The notes beneath the pieces were generated by a model that made no database searches, had not been told where the DNA came from, and worked only from the letters and a program-made list of their open reading frames with translations. A program made the translations under genes and the position numbers. From Candidatus Omnitrophota bacterium (GTDB lineage: Bacteria; Ratteibacteria; UBA8468; MWAK01), in NCBI GenBank assembly GCA_043826355.1, contig JBDRQI010000005.1:1-64000 (forward strand): DNA of 64,000 bases. The letters are read 5' to 3'. Shown in pieces: positions 37,047 through 47,909 of this stretch. Position 1 is the first letter of the stretch. Every line of letters starts with the position of its first letter.

Positions 37047-38636
37047 ATGGAAAAAAGAGTCCTGTTCGCTTTTATCCTTTCGCTGGGAGTTCTGCTCACG
37101 TTTCAGTATTTTCAGGTAAAGAACCAACCGGCCAAACCGCCGGCAACCGCGGTTCAGTCAACTCCCGCGAACGAAACACAGGTAAACCGACCCGGAACGC
37201 CTCAAACATCCGGTCTGTCTGAAAAACTCCCGGCTGAAAAAAAACCGGCTCCGGAAGGCAAAAAAATAACTATTGAAACCGACCTTTACCGGGCAGTCAT
37301 TGATACTCGGGGCGGACGGCTTACCTCCCTGGCGCTCAAACACTATACCCGTAAAAATGAAACCTTGCTGGAAACGATTCCTCAGGGCGCTTATTATCCT
37401 TTTGAAATTCCGGAAGAATCTGACCTTCTTTTCAATACGGACCAGGAAGGTTTCTCTCTTTCTGCGGAAAGGAAAAACGGAACTTTAACCATTCAAGCGG
37501 TAAAATCGGGGCGGCTGATTACCAAAAAATTCATCTTTGACAATCAGAAGTACGGGATGGAACTTGAATTGTCAATGACCGGCAAGGAAACTGACAAAGA
37601 CATCACGCTGGTCGGTTTCAGCCAGGGAACGCCGGTCGCTCTCAACCGAAATCAAGGGGTAGAACAGGTTATCGTATATTCCGGAGATAAGCCTGCCCGT
37701 TTCCGGCCGGGGAGCATCAAAAATGAAGAGCGCAAGATAATTGACGCCGCCTACCTGGCCCGCAATGACGGCCAGTATATCCTGACATTCCTGAAGCCGG
37801 ACAAATCCTTGCCGGCTCTCCTTTCCGGAGACGCATACGGCAGTGTAACCGCAACATATACCCTGACGCCGGAAACAGCAAAAAACCAGCGTTTCTATTT
37901 CTATTCCGGACCGACCGATAACGCCATCATTGCGAAGGAAGGCGTCGGCATCGCGCAAATTCTGCCTTCCGGGCCGATGGTGCTCCTGGGCCGGTTCATC
38001 CTTAAGATTCTTACCTTTTTTCACCGGATAATTCCAAACTGGGGCGTGGCCATCATACTTCTGACAATTTTGCTCAAGATTGTCTTCTTCCCATTAACGC
38101 GGCTCAGTTTGCGCACAATGAAGACGATGCAAAAACTCCAGCCCTATCTTAAAGACCTTTCCAAGAAATACAAGGACAACCCGAAAGCGATGCAACAGGA
38201 GATGTTCGGCATCTACCGGCAATACCACATCAACCCGATGGCCGGCTGTCTGCCGATGCTGGTGCAGATTCCAATCTTCATTTCTATATTCCTGATGCTG
38301 AGGACGGCGATCGTACTGCGGGGAGCGCCTTTTTGTCTCTGGATAAGAGACCTTTCCCTGCCGGATGCGCTCTTTACCCTTCCCTTCTGGCCGGGAACGC
38401 TGAACATTCTACCTTTCCTGATGGGATTGACCACGTTCTTTCAGCAGAAACTCTCTTCGGCGGGTTCAACCGGTATGGCAGCTCAACAACAGAAGATGAT
38501 GACTTTTATGATGCCGGTAATGCTGACCGTCTTCCTCTACAACCTTCCTTCCGGACTAATGCTCTACTGGACCGTTACCAACCTCTTCTCCATCCTGGAA
38601 CAGGAAGTTTCAACCCACAATCTGGGAACAATTTGA
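37047..38636 (+). CDS. yidC: Membrane protein insertase YidC
   Basis: MEKRVLFAF, NWGVAIILLT, NPMAGCLPMLVQIPIF, WIRDLS, PSGLMLYW. Confidence 0.95.
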   Translation: MEKRVLFAFILSLGVLLTFQYFQVKNQPAKPPATAVQSTPANETQVNRPGTPQTSGLSEKLPAEKKPAPEGKKITIETDLYRAVIDTRGGRLTSLALKHYTRKNETLLETIPQGAYYPFEIPEESDLLFNTDQEGFSLSAERKNGTLTIQAVKSGRLITKKFIFDNQKYGMELELSMTGKETDKDITLVGFSQGTPVALNRNQGVEQVIVYSGDKPARFRPGSIKNEERKIIDAAYLARNDGQYILTFLKPDKSLPALLSGDAYGSVTATYTLTPETAKNQRFYFYSGPTDNAIIAKEGVGIAQILPSGPMVLLGRFILKILTFFHRIIPNWGVAIILLTILLKIVFFPLTRLSLRTMKTMQKLQPYLKDLSKKYKDNPKAMQQEMFGIYRQYHINPMAGCLPMLVQIPIFISIFLMLRTAIVLRGAPFCLWIRDLSLPDALFTLPFWPGTLNILPFLMGLTTFFQQKLSSAGSTGMAAQQQKMMTFMMPVMLTVFLYNLPSGLMLYWTVTNLFSILEQEVSTHNLGTI

Positions 38637-38646
38637 TGAGGCAAAG

Positions 38647-38669
38647 CGCAGGCTAAAGCCTGCGTCTAC
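38647..38669 (-). repeat. GTAG-type REP hairpin between convergent genes (possible terminator)
   Basis: Minus strand GTAGA-CGCAGG-CTTTAG-CCTGCG. Confidence 0.55.
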
Positions 38670-39172
38670 CTAAAATATTTCAGTATTCGTAATTTAAGAC
38701 TTTTTGTTGCGGGTTTCGGATTTACTCCCAGAAAGTGACGGTGAATAAAAACACGACCTTCCCTGATGCCGCCGTCCAGATAGATAGCGCCGATAATCGC
38801 CTCCAGCACATTCGCCAGATTTGACGGCGTCCGGTGCCCTCCCTGCTTCTTTTCGCCCTTGCCCAAAAACAGGTATTTGCCCAAGCCCATCTTCTGCGAA
38901 AGAATTGTCAGATTTGTACCCTGGACTATTTCAGCCCGGCGCTGGGTCAGGATACCTTCGCTGGCTTCCGGAAAAAGTTTATAAAGACGCTCAGCCGCCA
39001 CCAGGGAAAGAACCGCGTCACCCAGGAACTCCAGGCGCTCGTTAGAAGGAACGTTATTTTCAAACGCAAAGGAAGGGTGCGTTAGCGCTTGAATCAATAA
39101 TTCCTTATCCTTAAAAAAGTACCCTAACAATTTTTCCAGTTCCGGTATTTTTTCGCGCGACCGAATAGCCAT
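38666..39172 (-). CDS. rnc: Ribonuclease III, catalytic domain only
   Basis: ALTHPS, NERLEFLGDAVL, LANVLEAIIGAIYLDGG; 168 aa, no dsRBD. Confidence 0.85.
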   Translation of the reverse strand: MAIRSREKIPELEKLLGYFFKDKELLIQALTHPSFAFENNVPSNERLEFLGDAVLSLVAAERLYKLFPEASEGILTQRRAEIVQGTNLTILSQKMGLGKYLFLGKGEKKQGGHRTPSNLANVLEAIIGAIYLDGGIREGRVFIHRHFLGVNPKPATKSLKLRILKYFR

Positions 39173-40701
39173 CAATTTCTCCGCCTGAATGAAAATAAAA
39201 CAATTGAAAATACGATGCAAATCCAGAGAACCAGCAAAGGGAAACGCTGATAAAATGTTTTTTTCGTATAGTGAACGAATGCAGACCCTGACTTATCGGG
39301 AAGCATAAGTTTGTAAGTATTTCCGGTTGTTGCTATCTTCGCCTCTCCGATTAAAATACCCGGCTGCCTGACCGGAATTTTCCTTATTATCCGGCCGTTT
39401 TCATCAAAATAGGCGGTGACGCCGGTATTGGCGGCCCGGATTAAAAATGAGCCGTTTTCAGCGGCCCGCAAAGATGCGGCCCCAAAGTGCTGGTAACTGC
39501 CCAGAAGTCCGAGCCAGGAATCGTTGGTCAGCGTAATCATTATCGTGGAACCTCTGTTTCCGATAGCCGCCACTACCTCTTCTGGAAATATGTCCTCGTA
39601 ACAGATAAAAACAGAAAGCGGTTCCCCTTTAACCTCCATCCGGCCCGGCCAAATACCTCTCTCTAAATCAGGAATATACCCTGCCTGACGTCCGACCAGA
39701 AAACGGATTAAAGCCAAGTTCCGGGCCGGCGTGAACTCACCGAAAGGTACCAGGTGCCGTTTTCGGTAAACGGAAAGGAGTCTGCCTTCCGGTGAACAGA
39801 GAAAAACGCTGTTATACCACTTCCCTGCCCTGCCTTCTAAAACGCCGGATAAAAGATAGGCATTTTTGGTCCGGACCAGGCTCTTCACGGAAGCAGGAAT
39901 ATCTCCTTCTTCGGAAACAAAAGTTGTCTCCGGCCAAATAATTAAATCAACCTTTTCCGATAACTTTCCGGTAAGATTGAGGTACGGTTCCAGGGTTGGC
40001 CCCTGCTGGCGCAGCGAAGAAGGCACGTTTCCTTGAACCGCCGCGAATTTCAATCCAGCCGTAGTAACGATGTCCGCCCTGTTTACCGAAAAAACTGACC
40101 CGGTAATTCCCAGGATCAGCAGAACGGCGCAAAGCGCTAAAGCGTAGAGTGCGCTCCGCTTCTCCTGCCGGAACAACAAGGTAAAGATGGTGGCATTGAC
40201 CAGGATTATCAGGAATGAAATAAGGTAAGCGCCGCCGTAAGAAGCGAGCGCCAGGAGCGGTGCTTGCTGGTGCTGAGTCACCGCCAGACTGAACCAGGGA
40301 AAAGAGAAGAAAAAGTTACCTACGAGGAACTCGAATATAACACCGAGGGAGGCAACCCACAATTCGTAGAATTTAACCGAAGAACGGCTGACCAGAAAGA
40401 AGAAGATTGCCGGGTAAAAAGAAAGGTAGAGCACACCGCAAAACCACCCGATTCCGGAAAGCCGGGTAACCCAGAACAGGCTGAATCCGAAAAAAGTCAG
40501 CCCCCAGATGTATCCGGACCAGAAAGGATATTCACGACGAGCCAGAAAAAAGACGGGTACCAGACCAAACCAGGCCAGGTATGACTGATTAAAGGGTGGG
40601 TAGGCAAAAAGGAAGAGGGTTCCGGCCAAAAAAGCCCAGAATGCAACAATAAGCCTTCTCAAAAAACACCTCTGCCAAAAATTTATTTTATTATTTAGCA
40701 A
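39172..40701 (-). CDS. lnt: Apolipoprotein N-acyltransferase
   Basis: [37 protein letters not shown]. Confidence 0.93.
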   Translation of the reverse strand: MLNNKINFWQRCFLRRLIVAFWAFLAGTLFLFAYPPFNQSYLAWFGLVPVFFLARREYPFWSGYIWGLTFFGFSLFWVTRLSGIGWFCGVLYLSFYPAIFFFLVSRSSVKFYELWVASLGVIFEFLVGNFFFSFPWFSLAVTQHQQAPLLALASYGGAYLISFLIILVNATIFTLLFRQEKRSALYALALCAVLLILGITGSVFSVNRADIVTTAGLKFAAVQGNVPSSLRQQGPTLEPYLNLTGKLSEKVDLIIWPETTFVSEEGDIPASVKSLVRTKNAYLLSGVLEGRAGKWYNSVFLCSPEGRLLSVYRKRHLVPFGEFTPARNLALIRFLVGRQAGYIPDLERGIWPGRMEVKGEPLSVFICYEDIFPEEVVAAIGNRGSTIMITLTNDSWLGLLGSYQHFGAASLRAAENGSFLIRAANTGVTAYFDENGRIIRKIPVRQPGILIGEAKIATTGNTYKLMLPDKSGSAFVHYTKKTFYQRFPLLVLWICIVFSIVLFSFRRRN

Positions 40702-41050
40702 ACCTCTTTATTTTATTATTATCATCGGTGATGATAATCAGAGGTTTGGCGCTTCTTTTTTCATCTTCGGAAAAGAACGCGGTGGAAAGAACGATTATCC
40801 GGTCGCCGACCTGAAACCAGCGGGCCGCAGCGCCGTTCAGACAGACCTCGCCCTGATTGGGTTTGCCGGGGATGTAATAGGTCTCAATCCTTTCACCGTT
40901 GGCCAGGTTCAGGACCTGAACCATTTCGTACGGCTCTAAATCCGCTTTTTCCGCCAGGACCGAGTCAATCGTAATGCTGCCCTGATAATTGATGTCGGTC
41001 CGGGTAACTACCAGACCCTGAATCTTGGATTTACAGAAAAGACGCAGCAT
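40691..41050 (-). CDS. panD: Aspartate 1-decarboxylase
   Basis: [28 protein letters not shown]. Confidence 0.93.
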   Translation of the reverse strand: MLRLFCKSKIQGLVVTRTDINYQGSITIDSVLAEKADLEPYEMVQVLNLANGERIETYYIPGKPNQGEVCLNGAAARWFQVGDRIIVLSTAFFSEDEKRSAKPLIIITDDNNKIKRFAK

Positions 41051-41280
41051 CAGGCCATCTCCACGGACTTGACTTCCGGAACCTTATCCTTAACCATCTT
41101 TTCCACCCGCATCTTCAGGGTGTAAGCGGCAAAAGGGCAGTGGCCGCAGGCGCCGACAAGACGAACTTTTACAATACCGTCTTCGGTAACATCCACCAAT
41201 TCCACATTCCCGCCGTCCGCCCTCAAAATTTCGCGCACCTCGTTAAGAGCGCCTTCCACTTTTTCTAATTGAGTAAACAT
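41050..41280 (-). CDS. NifU/NfuA C-terminal domain protein
   Basis: DGGNVELV...GACGHCP. Confidence 0.9.
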   Translation of the reverse strand: MFTQLEKVEGALNEVREILRADGGNVELVDVTEDGIVKVRLVGACGHCPFAAYTLKMRVEKMVKDKVPEVKSVEMA

Positions 41281-41286
41281 TAAAAC

Positions 41287-41341
41287 CCCCTTCCCCCTCC
41301 TATTACCCTCCCCACCTGTGGGGGAGGGACGGGTGGGGGTG
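41287..41341. repeat. CCCTCCCC...GGGGAGGG palindromic repeat (related units near 37012-37035 and 43295-43330)
   Basis: ACCCTCCCCACCTGTGGGGGAGGG hairpin. Confidence 0.5.
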
Positions 41342-42097
41342 TTAATACTTTATGATTGACAGAAACGAACCGGCCGAGAGGCTGGCGCCGCCGACCAGGG
41401 CGCCGTCGATATCCGGTTGAGTCAACAGGGAAGCGGCGTTCTCGGCCTTCACGCTGCCGCCGTATTGGATGCGAAGATTCTCGGCCAATTCCTTTCCAAA
41501 TTCAGCAGTAACCCATTCCCGGATAAAACGATGCACATCCTGCGCCTGCTGGGGAGTGGCGGTCTTGCCGGTACCAATCGCCCAGACCGGCTCATAGGCA
41601 ACCACCAGCGAAGAAAAACCTTCCGGCGAAACATCTTTCAGTCCGCCGGCCAACTGAGTTTCAATCCGTTTCTCGGTAAGGTTGGCTTCCCTTTCATCCA
41701 ACTTTTCCCCGATGCAGAGAATCGGTCTTAACCCGTTTTTCAGGGCAAACAAAATCTTCTGATTAACAAAAGCATCGTCTTCTTTGAAGTATTGCCGTCG
41801 TTCCGAATGGCCGATAACCACGTAAGTCACGCCAATTTCTTTTAACATCGGCGCGGAAACTTCGCCGGTGAAAGCGCCTTCTTCTTTGGGGTAAAAGTTC
41901 TGGGCGCCCAGGCCGATGCCGGAACCCCGGATTACCTCTTCCACCGAAGCCAAACCAACAAACGGAGGGCAGAGAACTACTTCCCTTTCGGACAGAACCG
42001 TTTGGTCCAGGCCGGCCCTGATATCCTGCGCCAGGGCTCTTGCCTGCGCCGGCGTTTTGTACATCTTCCAGTTACCCGCGATAACCTGTTTTCTCAT
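41342..42097 (-). CDS. tpiA: Triosephosphate isomerase
   Basis: [28 protein letters not shown]. Confidence 0.97.
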   Translation of the reverse strand: MRKQVIAGNWKMYKTPAQARALAQDIRAGLDQTVLSEREVVLCPPFVGLASVEEVIRGSGIGLGAQNFYPKEEGAFTGEVSAPMLKEIGVTYVVIGHSERRQYFKEDDAFVNQKILFALKNGLRPILCIGEKLDEREANLTEKRIETQLAGGLKDVSPEGFSSLVVAYEPVWAIGTGKTATPQQAQDVHRFIREWVTAEFGKELAENLRIQYGGSVKAENAASLLTQPDIDGALVGGASLSAGSFLSIIKY

Positions 42098-43287
42098 ATT
42101 TTATCCAAGATTGCGATGCCGGGCAGTTCCTTTCCTTCCAGAAATTCCAGAGAAGCGCCGCCGCCGGTTGAAATGTGGCTGATTTTGTCGGCTACACCGG
42201 CTTTATTCAAAGCCGCAATAGAATCCCCGCCGCCAACTACCGTATAGGCGCTGGAAGCGGCAACCGCCCGGGCAATCGCCATCGTGCCGCCCGAAAACTG
42301 CTCAATTTCAAAAACGCCTAACGGCCCATTCCAGAATATGGTCCGGGCGCGGCTGATACAGTCGGAATATTCCTTAATCGCCTGCGGTCCGATGTCAACC
42401 CCGATCCAACCGGCCGGAATTGTGCCTCTATCCGTAGTCAGGTATTTGGCGTCCGGCGCAATCTTGTCGGCAATCACGTGGTCCAGCGGCGTGTGGAAAT
42501 CATAAAGGTGCAGTTCATAGGTCTTCTTGATAATCTCCTTGGCCAGCGGAACGCGCTCTTCGTCCACCAGGGAAGCGCCTACCGGCCAGTTCTTCGCCTT
42601 AACGAAAGTATAAGCCAATCCGCCGCCGGTGACTACGATGTCAACCAGAGGCAGGAGATTTTTAATAATGCCAACCTTATCCGAAACCTTGGCTCCACCG
42701 AGAATGAGGAGGAACGGTTTTTCCGGATTATCCAGAAGTTTGCTCAGCGCTTCAACCTCTTTTTTGAGCAGGAAACCGGATACCGCCGGTTTTAAGACCG
42801 CCGGAACCCCGTAAGTTGAGGCGTGAGCCCGGTGGCTGGTTCCAAACGCATCGTTGACGTAAATTTCCGCCAGAGCAGCTAATTTTCCGGAAAATTCCGG
42901 GTCGTTCTTTTCTTCTTCAGGGTAAAAACGCAGGTTTTCCAGCAGAAGAACGTCTCCGCTCTTCAAATTCCCAACCAGTTTCTCCACCCCCGGACCGATG
43001 CAGTCGGGAGCCATCACCACTTCTTTTTTAAGAAGGCCGGAAAGGTGCGCGGCCACCGGAGACAGAGACATCTCCGGAACTTTCTTCCCTTTGGGCCGGC
43101 CCAGGTGTGAAGCAAGGATAAGCCGGCATCCCTTATCCAGAAGGTACTTGATGGTCGGCAGCGAAGCGGTAACGCGCGTATCGTCGGTAATTTTACCGTC
43201 GGCCATCGGCACGTTGAAATCCACCCGCAAAAAGATGCGTTTCCCGCCGATATCCTTTAAATCCTCAACCCCCATAACCCGCGCCAT
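42094..43287 (-). CDS. pgk: Phosphoglycerate kinase
   Basis: [30 protein letters not shown]. Confidence 0.97.
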   Translation of the reverse strand: MARVMGVEDLKDIGGKRIFLRVDFNVPMADGKITDDTRVTASLPTIKYLLDKGCRLILASHLGRPKGKKVPEMSLSPVAAHLSGLLKKEVVMAPDCIGPGVEKLVGNLKSGDVLLLENLRFYPEEEKNDPEFSGKLAALAEIYVNDAFGTSHRAHASTYGVPAVLKPAVSGFLLKKEVEALSKLLDNPEKPFLLILGGAKVSDKVGIIKNLLPLVDIVVTGGGLAYTFVKAKNWPVGASLVDEERVPLAKEIIKKTYELHLYDFHTPLDHVIADKIAPDAKYLTTDRGTIPAGWIGVDIGPQAIKEYSDCISRARTIFWNGPLGVFEIEQFSGGTMAIARAVAASSAYTVVGGGDSIAALNKAGVADKISHISTGGGASLEFLEGKELPGIAILDKI

Positions 43288-43342
43288 AAATACCTCCCCC
43301 TCACCTCGCCTCCCCCCGACGGGGAGAGGAATAAGGACGAGT

Positions 43343-44350
43343 TTACATTCGCTCAGTAATATACTTAACCAGGTCTACCACCCGGCTGGAATAAGCCCAC
43401 TCGTTATCGTACCAGGCCATTACTTTCACCAGGCTTCCGTCTACCACCGCAGTTGACATTCCGTCAACAATCGCGGACTTTTCGTTGCCGTTAAAGTCTT
43501 TTGAGACCAGCGGCTCTTCGGTATAATCAAGGTAAACGCCCAGGGAACCGGCAACCGCTTTTTTGAATGCCGCGTTGACTTCATCCTTGGTGGTCGCCTT
43601 TTCCGTCACTACCACCAGGTCAACCAGGGAAACGTTTGGCGTGGGCACCCGGATTGACAGGCCGTCCATCTTGCCCTTCAGCGCCGGGATGACCAGGCCG
43701 ATGGCCTTGGCGGCTCCGGTGGTGGTCGGAATCATGGAAAGAGCGCCGGCCCGGGCGCGGCGCAAATCCTTGTGGGGAAAATCAAGAATTACCTGGTCGT
43801 TGGTGTAAGAATGGATGGTCGTCATCAGACCCTTTTGGATACCGAAATTCTCAATCAGAACCTTGGCAACCGGCCCCAGGCAGTTGGTGGTACAGGAGGC
43901 GTTGGAAATAATCTTATGCTGGGACGCATTATACATCGCTTCGTTTACGCCCATCACGATGGTTACGTCCTCACCCTTGGCCGGCGCGGAGATAATTACC
44001 TTCTTGGCTCCGGCAGTCAGGTGGGCGCCGGCCTTGGCCGCTTCCGTAAAACGCCCGGTTGATTCGACCACTACGTCTACTCCCAAATCTTTCCAGGGCA
44101 GGGCAACCGGGTCCTTTTCCGAAAACACTTTAACCTCTTTTCCGTTAATCACCAGGGCTTTGTCCTTGCCTTCCACCGTTCCCGGATACACGCCGAAAGT
44201 GGAATCATACTTGAAAAGATGCGCCAGGGTTTTGCTGTCGGTGAGGTCGTTAACCGCCACAAAATCCAACTCCGGAAAGTTCTTCTCCAGGGCCGCCTTG
44301 AAAACCAGCCTTCCAATTCTGCCGAAACCATTTACGCCAATCCTTACCAT
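43343..44350 (-). CDS. gap: Glyceraldehyde-3-phosphate dehydrogenase
   Basis: [21 protein letters not shown]. Confidence 0.97.
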   Translation of the reverse strand: MVRIGVNGFGRIGRLVFKAALEKNFPELDFVAVNDLTDSKTLAHLFKYDSTFGVYPGTVEGKDKALVINGKEVKVFSEKDPVALPWKDLGVDVVVESTGRFTEAAKAGAHLTAGAKKVIISAPAKGEDVTIVMGVNEAMYNASQHKIISNASCTTNCLGPVAKVLIENFGIQKGLMTTIHSYTNDQVILDFPHKDLRRARAGALSMIPTTTGAAKAIGLVIPALKGKMDGLSIRVPTPNVSLVDLVVVTEKATTKDEVNAAFKKAVAGSLGVYLDYTEEPLVSKDFNGNEKSAIVDGMSTAVVDGSLVKVMAWYDNEWAYSSRVVDLVKYITERM

Positions 44351-44665
44351 AGTAGTTCTCCTTCGACCGCCGTAGCTTTAGCAAAAGCGGTCCTTGAAAA
44401 AGAGCCAGGAATCCCTGTTTTAGAAATGGATATTATACAAAATTCAGGGGGTGGGTGTCAAACACCCAACGCCAGAATCGACTCGCTAAAAATGCGGATG
44501 CAGGTGAAGAGAACATGCGGTTTGGTTCTATGCGGTAACGCCGAATTCCCGGGTAGTCTCGCCGGGGTCCCAGCCAGTTAAGGCCGGCGCCAGGACTATC
44601 CTTTCAATTTGGCAACGAAGGCGGCGCGGAGATTCCGGTTTTCGGTGGCCCTTTGCTATAAAGTT

Positions 44666-47600
44666 TTAAGTTTTTAGCTTATATATGCGGGATTCCATTG
44701 GCCCAAGATTATCTTTCAATGCTTTATCCTGAAGGGACAATTTCCACCCTTCGCCAACCACTTCGGCATAAATGAATTTTTCTCCGCTGTTCCACTCAAG
44801 TAAAATAGTCTTTGCTTCGCTTGTGACATTGGATACGATGATGTAAAGATTGTTCCCGCATCGAATACCTCTTGCCTGAATATCTTCCGGATTTTTTAAC
44901 CCGCCAACACTAATCTTTTCGGGTTGACCTTCAAACAAAGGTTTCAAGAGTTCGTGCAACTGAAAGTCAATAATTTTGAATGTTGACCGAAGATAATGAA
45001 AATATCCTTTTTGCCTCCATGGAGTATACAAGTCGTTTCGTTCACCATCCCAGTTGAAAAAAGAGAGACCTACCACGTTGTAAACGAGGCTTAAATGTGC
45101 TTGATTCAATAATTCGTGAGGCAAAACCGGGCGCTGGCCGGGCCGCATCCATGAAGATTGGACAAAGCTCCAGACTGGTTTGCCTGTTTCTTGCCGGGCT
45201 TTTTTTATCGCCTCGGGAAGCTGTGTAATTGGACAATCAGGAATCGGGTAGACATCAGTTTGCATAACGTCAACGGCATTCTTATATTCCTTGAAATCTC
45301 TGCCTGCGGCGCATACAAGGGTGACTAAATGGTTCGGGTCCAGTTTTTTAACCAGGTTATAGACCGCTTCAAGTTCTTTGGGTTCACATATAAAATCACC
45401 GGTAGAAGTCAAATTGTTTGGTTCATCAAACAAAAACCAGGCAAAAAGAGCCGGATGGTTCCTGTATTCCTTCACTACCTGTTCAATTCGGTCTAAACGT
45501 GGTTTTACCTGGCCATATTTAAAACTCTCGTAAAAGTAATCGTGATCGAGAACAAGGTGGCAACTTCCACCGCTCCGCATGGCAGCGTCAAGCTGGTCTT
45601 TCAAAATTGACGGGTCGTCGCCTGGAACAAAAGCGGCTGCGGAGGTAATGCCTAACGCTCTCGCTTCTTCGCTACCGGGATCAAGCCAGCTCATAAAAAT
45701 TGGAAAGTGGGGTTTTCCATTGAGCAGGATTAGCCCGTCTTTTCCCCTGACCTCGGTCTTCTGGATCGGCACGGCTTCTTCAGGTGGTAGTTTTGGAACT
45801 ACCAGGAATTCAGCCTCTGCGGAACTTGAAATATCAGAATCGGTTATGGTTGCAATCAGAGTATACCGACCGGGTAAGAATCCCGATATATTCACAGGGA
45901 ATGCTGCGGTCCCTGTTTCCATCGTCTTCATTTCTTTTAATACCGGGTCCAATGCCTCCCTTCGTTTTATGCAAATATTTAAAGTGACCGGTAGCTTACT
46001 TCCCGGGAGGAGCGAATCGATGTTTAAAACAAGATTTTTTTCGATAGTCCAATAAGCAAATTGGTCCAGCCGCACGGAGAGTTGTTGAGGGACTTTAACA
46101 AAGAAATTCCTTTTTACCTCCACTGCCTCATCGGAGGACAGGGACAAAACGGATAACGATACAATTTGTTCTCCGGGTGCGCTGGGAATGCTTAATGTAT
46201 AATTTCCCTCCTCTCCGGCGGCCAGATTTATTTTTTTAGAGTCTTTCTTTGCGGTTCCAGAAGATTCTCCGACTAAAACCAGCTGAAGGGAAGAGTCGCT
46301 GTGGTTACATAACTTTGCAGTAGCGGACAGTTCATCTTTGCTGACCTCTTCAATCTTAAGAAAGACCAACTTAACCGGAGGTGGTGTATTATTAAGTTCC
46401 ATTACGCCAAACCACTGGGGCCGGTTGAAGATACCCATGGTACATGCCCAGGCGGTTGGACCAAACCGGGGGCTATTTCTACCAATATTGAACCGCCATC
46501 CTTTATGCGGGACTGGCGATAGTTTTGTCAGGTCGCTCCAGGGAATCTTCAGGATAACCTCCCACGAATTTGCGCTGGCAGAAACCCAACTTTGCCAGCC
46601 ACCGTTCCATGCGGTGATTTCCATGGATTGAGTGCGGTCTATCTTGCTGTCCCACTGAATATTTTTGGGATTAACGATCAGATGGGTAATCGGCTCTTTT
46701 TCCTCCGGAGGCTGAATAAAAACCTCAACTACATCACCGTTCCAGATAGGGTCATCCCGTTTACTGCCCATCGTTTCAATCTTCTTCGTATCCGGGTCGG
46801 CACACTTTACCCGGATATAGAGATTTTCCTCATCGTAAACCATCCAAGCATATGTTTTTGCCGCTGCCGCCTCTTCTGCGCCGGTATAAATAGATAAAAA
46901 TTCGGAAAGTTTTGTTGATTGTTCCCAGTCTATTTTCGAAACATCTCCTGTTTTTGCCGGGGACACATAAACCTCGGGAAGAACCGGAATTATGCTCAAC
47001 CGGGGAACCAGCGCCTGTTCCGGTTCCGCTGGCTTGATTTTTGGCGGTTCAGGAACGATTCCAGCCGCAGCGGTGTTTTGGGACCCGTAAAAAGACTCAA
47101 TTTCTTCAACCGCCAGGCTTGTGTCGTAAAGAGCGAAATTATCAATAATACCCCGGCCATTTCTGGCTTCGGCCGTAGCCCAATAGCCGATATGGACCTC
47201 GTTACCCGGCTGCCAGGAGATATTAACGCGCTTTAACCCGGCCCAGGGCTCTCCGTTCACCATTACTATCAGACTGTCTTCTTCCATTCCGCTGTTGGTA
47301 AGCCAGGCTACCGCGACATGGTACCACGCACCGGGTTCCCACGATTCTACGCGGTAAGACTCGCAGTATTTTGGCTCCGCGGCTGAATCCCATACCACAA
47401 ATTGGAGTTTCGACCTTTTGTTATTTTCAACGAGTTTGCGCAGGGCAAAGGAATTTGGTTGAGAACTTACAGAACTTTCCAGAAGATAGTATTCTTCGTT
47501 GTCGTTCCCGCGCCATGAAGGCTGGAACCAAAAAGTTATCGTTCCTTGCTCTGGAATGCCTGCGGGTAGAGAAACTACCAGATTCCTGTTTTCCCCCAAC

Positions 47601-47785
47601 CATTGGCCCTGCCCTTCTTTTCCGGTCCGGGCAAGCTCTTTTTCAGCCTTTTCAAAATCCAGAAACATAATCGGCTTCGGCAAGTTCATCCCCTGAGAAA
47701 AACCCCGGGAGCTGACAAGCAATACCAGAAGTACGTTCAACAACCACTTACTTAAATACTTGTTTATTCTCCAAAATGACGACAC
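44666..47785 (-). CDS. Secreted multidomain carbohydrate-active protein (LamG + CBM9-like + GH-type barrel)
   Basis: Signal peptide; GTITFW...WYHVA...IDNFALY (LamG); YDEENLY...DVVEVF...WEVILKIPW (CBM9-like); HPALFAWFLFDEP. Confidence 0.7.
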   Translation of the reverse strand: MSSFWRINKYLSKWLLNVLLVLLVSSRGFSQGMNLPKPIMFLDFEKAEKELARTGKEGQGQWLGENRNLVVSLPAGIPEQGTITFWFQPSWRGNDNEEYYLLESSVSSQPNSFALRKLVENNKRSKLQFVVWDSAAEPKYCESYRVESWEPGAWYHVAVAWLTNSGMEEDSLIVMVNGEPWAGLKRVNISWQPGNEVHIGYWATAEARNGRGIIDNFALYDTSLAVEEIESFYGSQNTAAAGIVPEPPKIKPAEPEQALVPRLSIIPVLPEVYVSPAKTGDVSKIDWEQSTKLSEFLSIYTGAEEAAAAKTYAWMVYDEENLYIRVKCADPDTKKIETMGSKRDDPIWNGDVVEVFIQPPEEKEPITHLIVNPKNIQWDSKIDRTQSMEITAWNGGWQSWVSASANSWEVILKIPWSDLTKLSPVPHKGWRFNIGRNSPRFGPTAWACTMGIFNRPQWFGVMELNNTPPPVKLVFLKIEEVSKDELSATAKLCNHSDSSLQLVLVGESSGTAKKDSKKINLAAGEEGNYTLSIPSAPGEQIVSLSVLSLSSDEAVEVKRNFFVKVPQQLSVRLDQFAYWTIEKNLVLNIDSLLPGSKLPVTLNICIKRREALDPVLKEMKTMETGTAAFPVNISGFLPGRYTLIATITDSDISSSAEAEFLVVPKLPPEEAVPIQKTEVRGKDGLILLNGKPHFPIFMSWLDPGSEEARALGITSAAAFVPGDDPSILKDQLDAAMRSGGSCHLVLDHDYFYESFKYGQVKPRLDRIEQVVKEYRNHPALFAWFLFDEPNNLTSTGDFICEPKELEAVYNLVKKLDPNHLVTLVCAAGRDFKEYKNAVDVMQTDVYPIPDCPITQLPEAIKKARQETGKPVWSFVQSSWMRPGQRPVLPHELLNQAHLSLVYNVVGLSFFNWDGERNDLYTPWRQKGYFHYLRSTFKIIDFQLHELLKPLFEGQPEKISVGGLKNPEDIQARGIRCGNNLYIIVSNVTSEAKTILLEWNSGEKFIYAEVVGEGWKLSLQDKALKDNLGPMESRIYKLKT

Positions 47786-47909
47786 GACATCCTCCTTTTA
47801 CAAATGGGTCGCATAAACTTACCCAGTCTTTAGTGAAAAATTGTTTTTCACATGTTACGCGCTCGCGCTTTTTCAAAGGGTGTTTTTTCCAAAAAAAAAT
47901 GATATTTTA

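Noticed and set aside
44440..44660. Possible ncRNA or tmRNA-tag-like frame (ATENRNLRAAFVAKLKG) upstream of gap
   Set aside because: No tRNA-like ends or convincing structure; could be a gene remnant.
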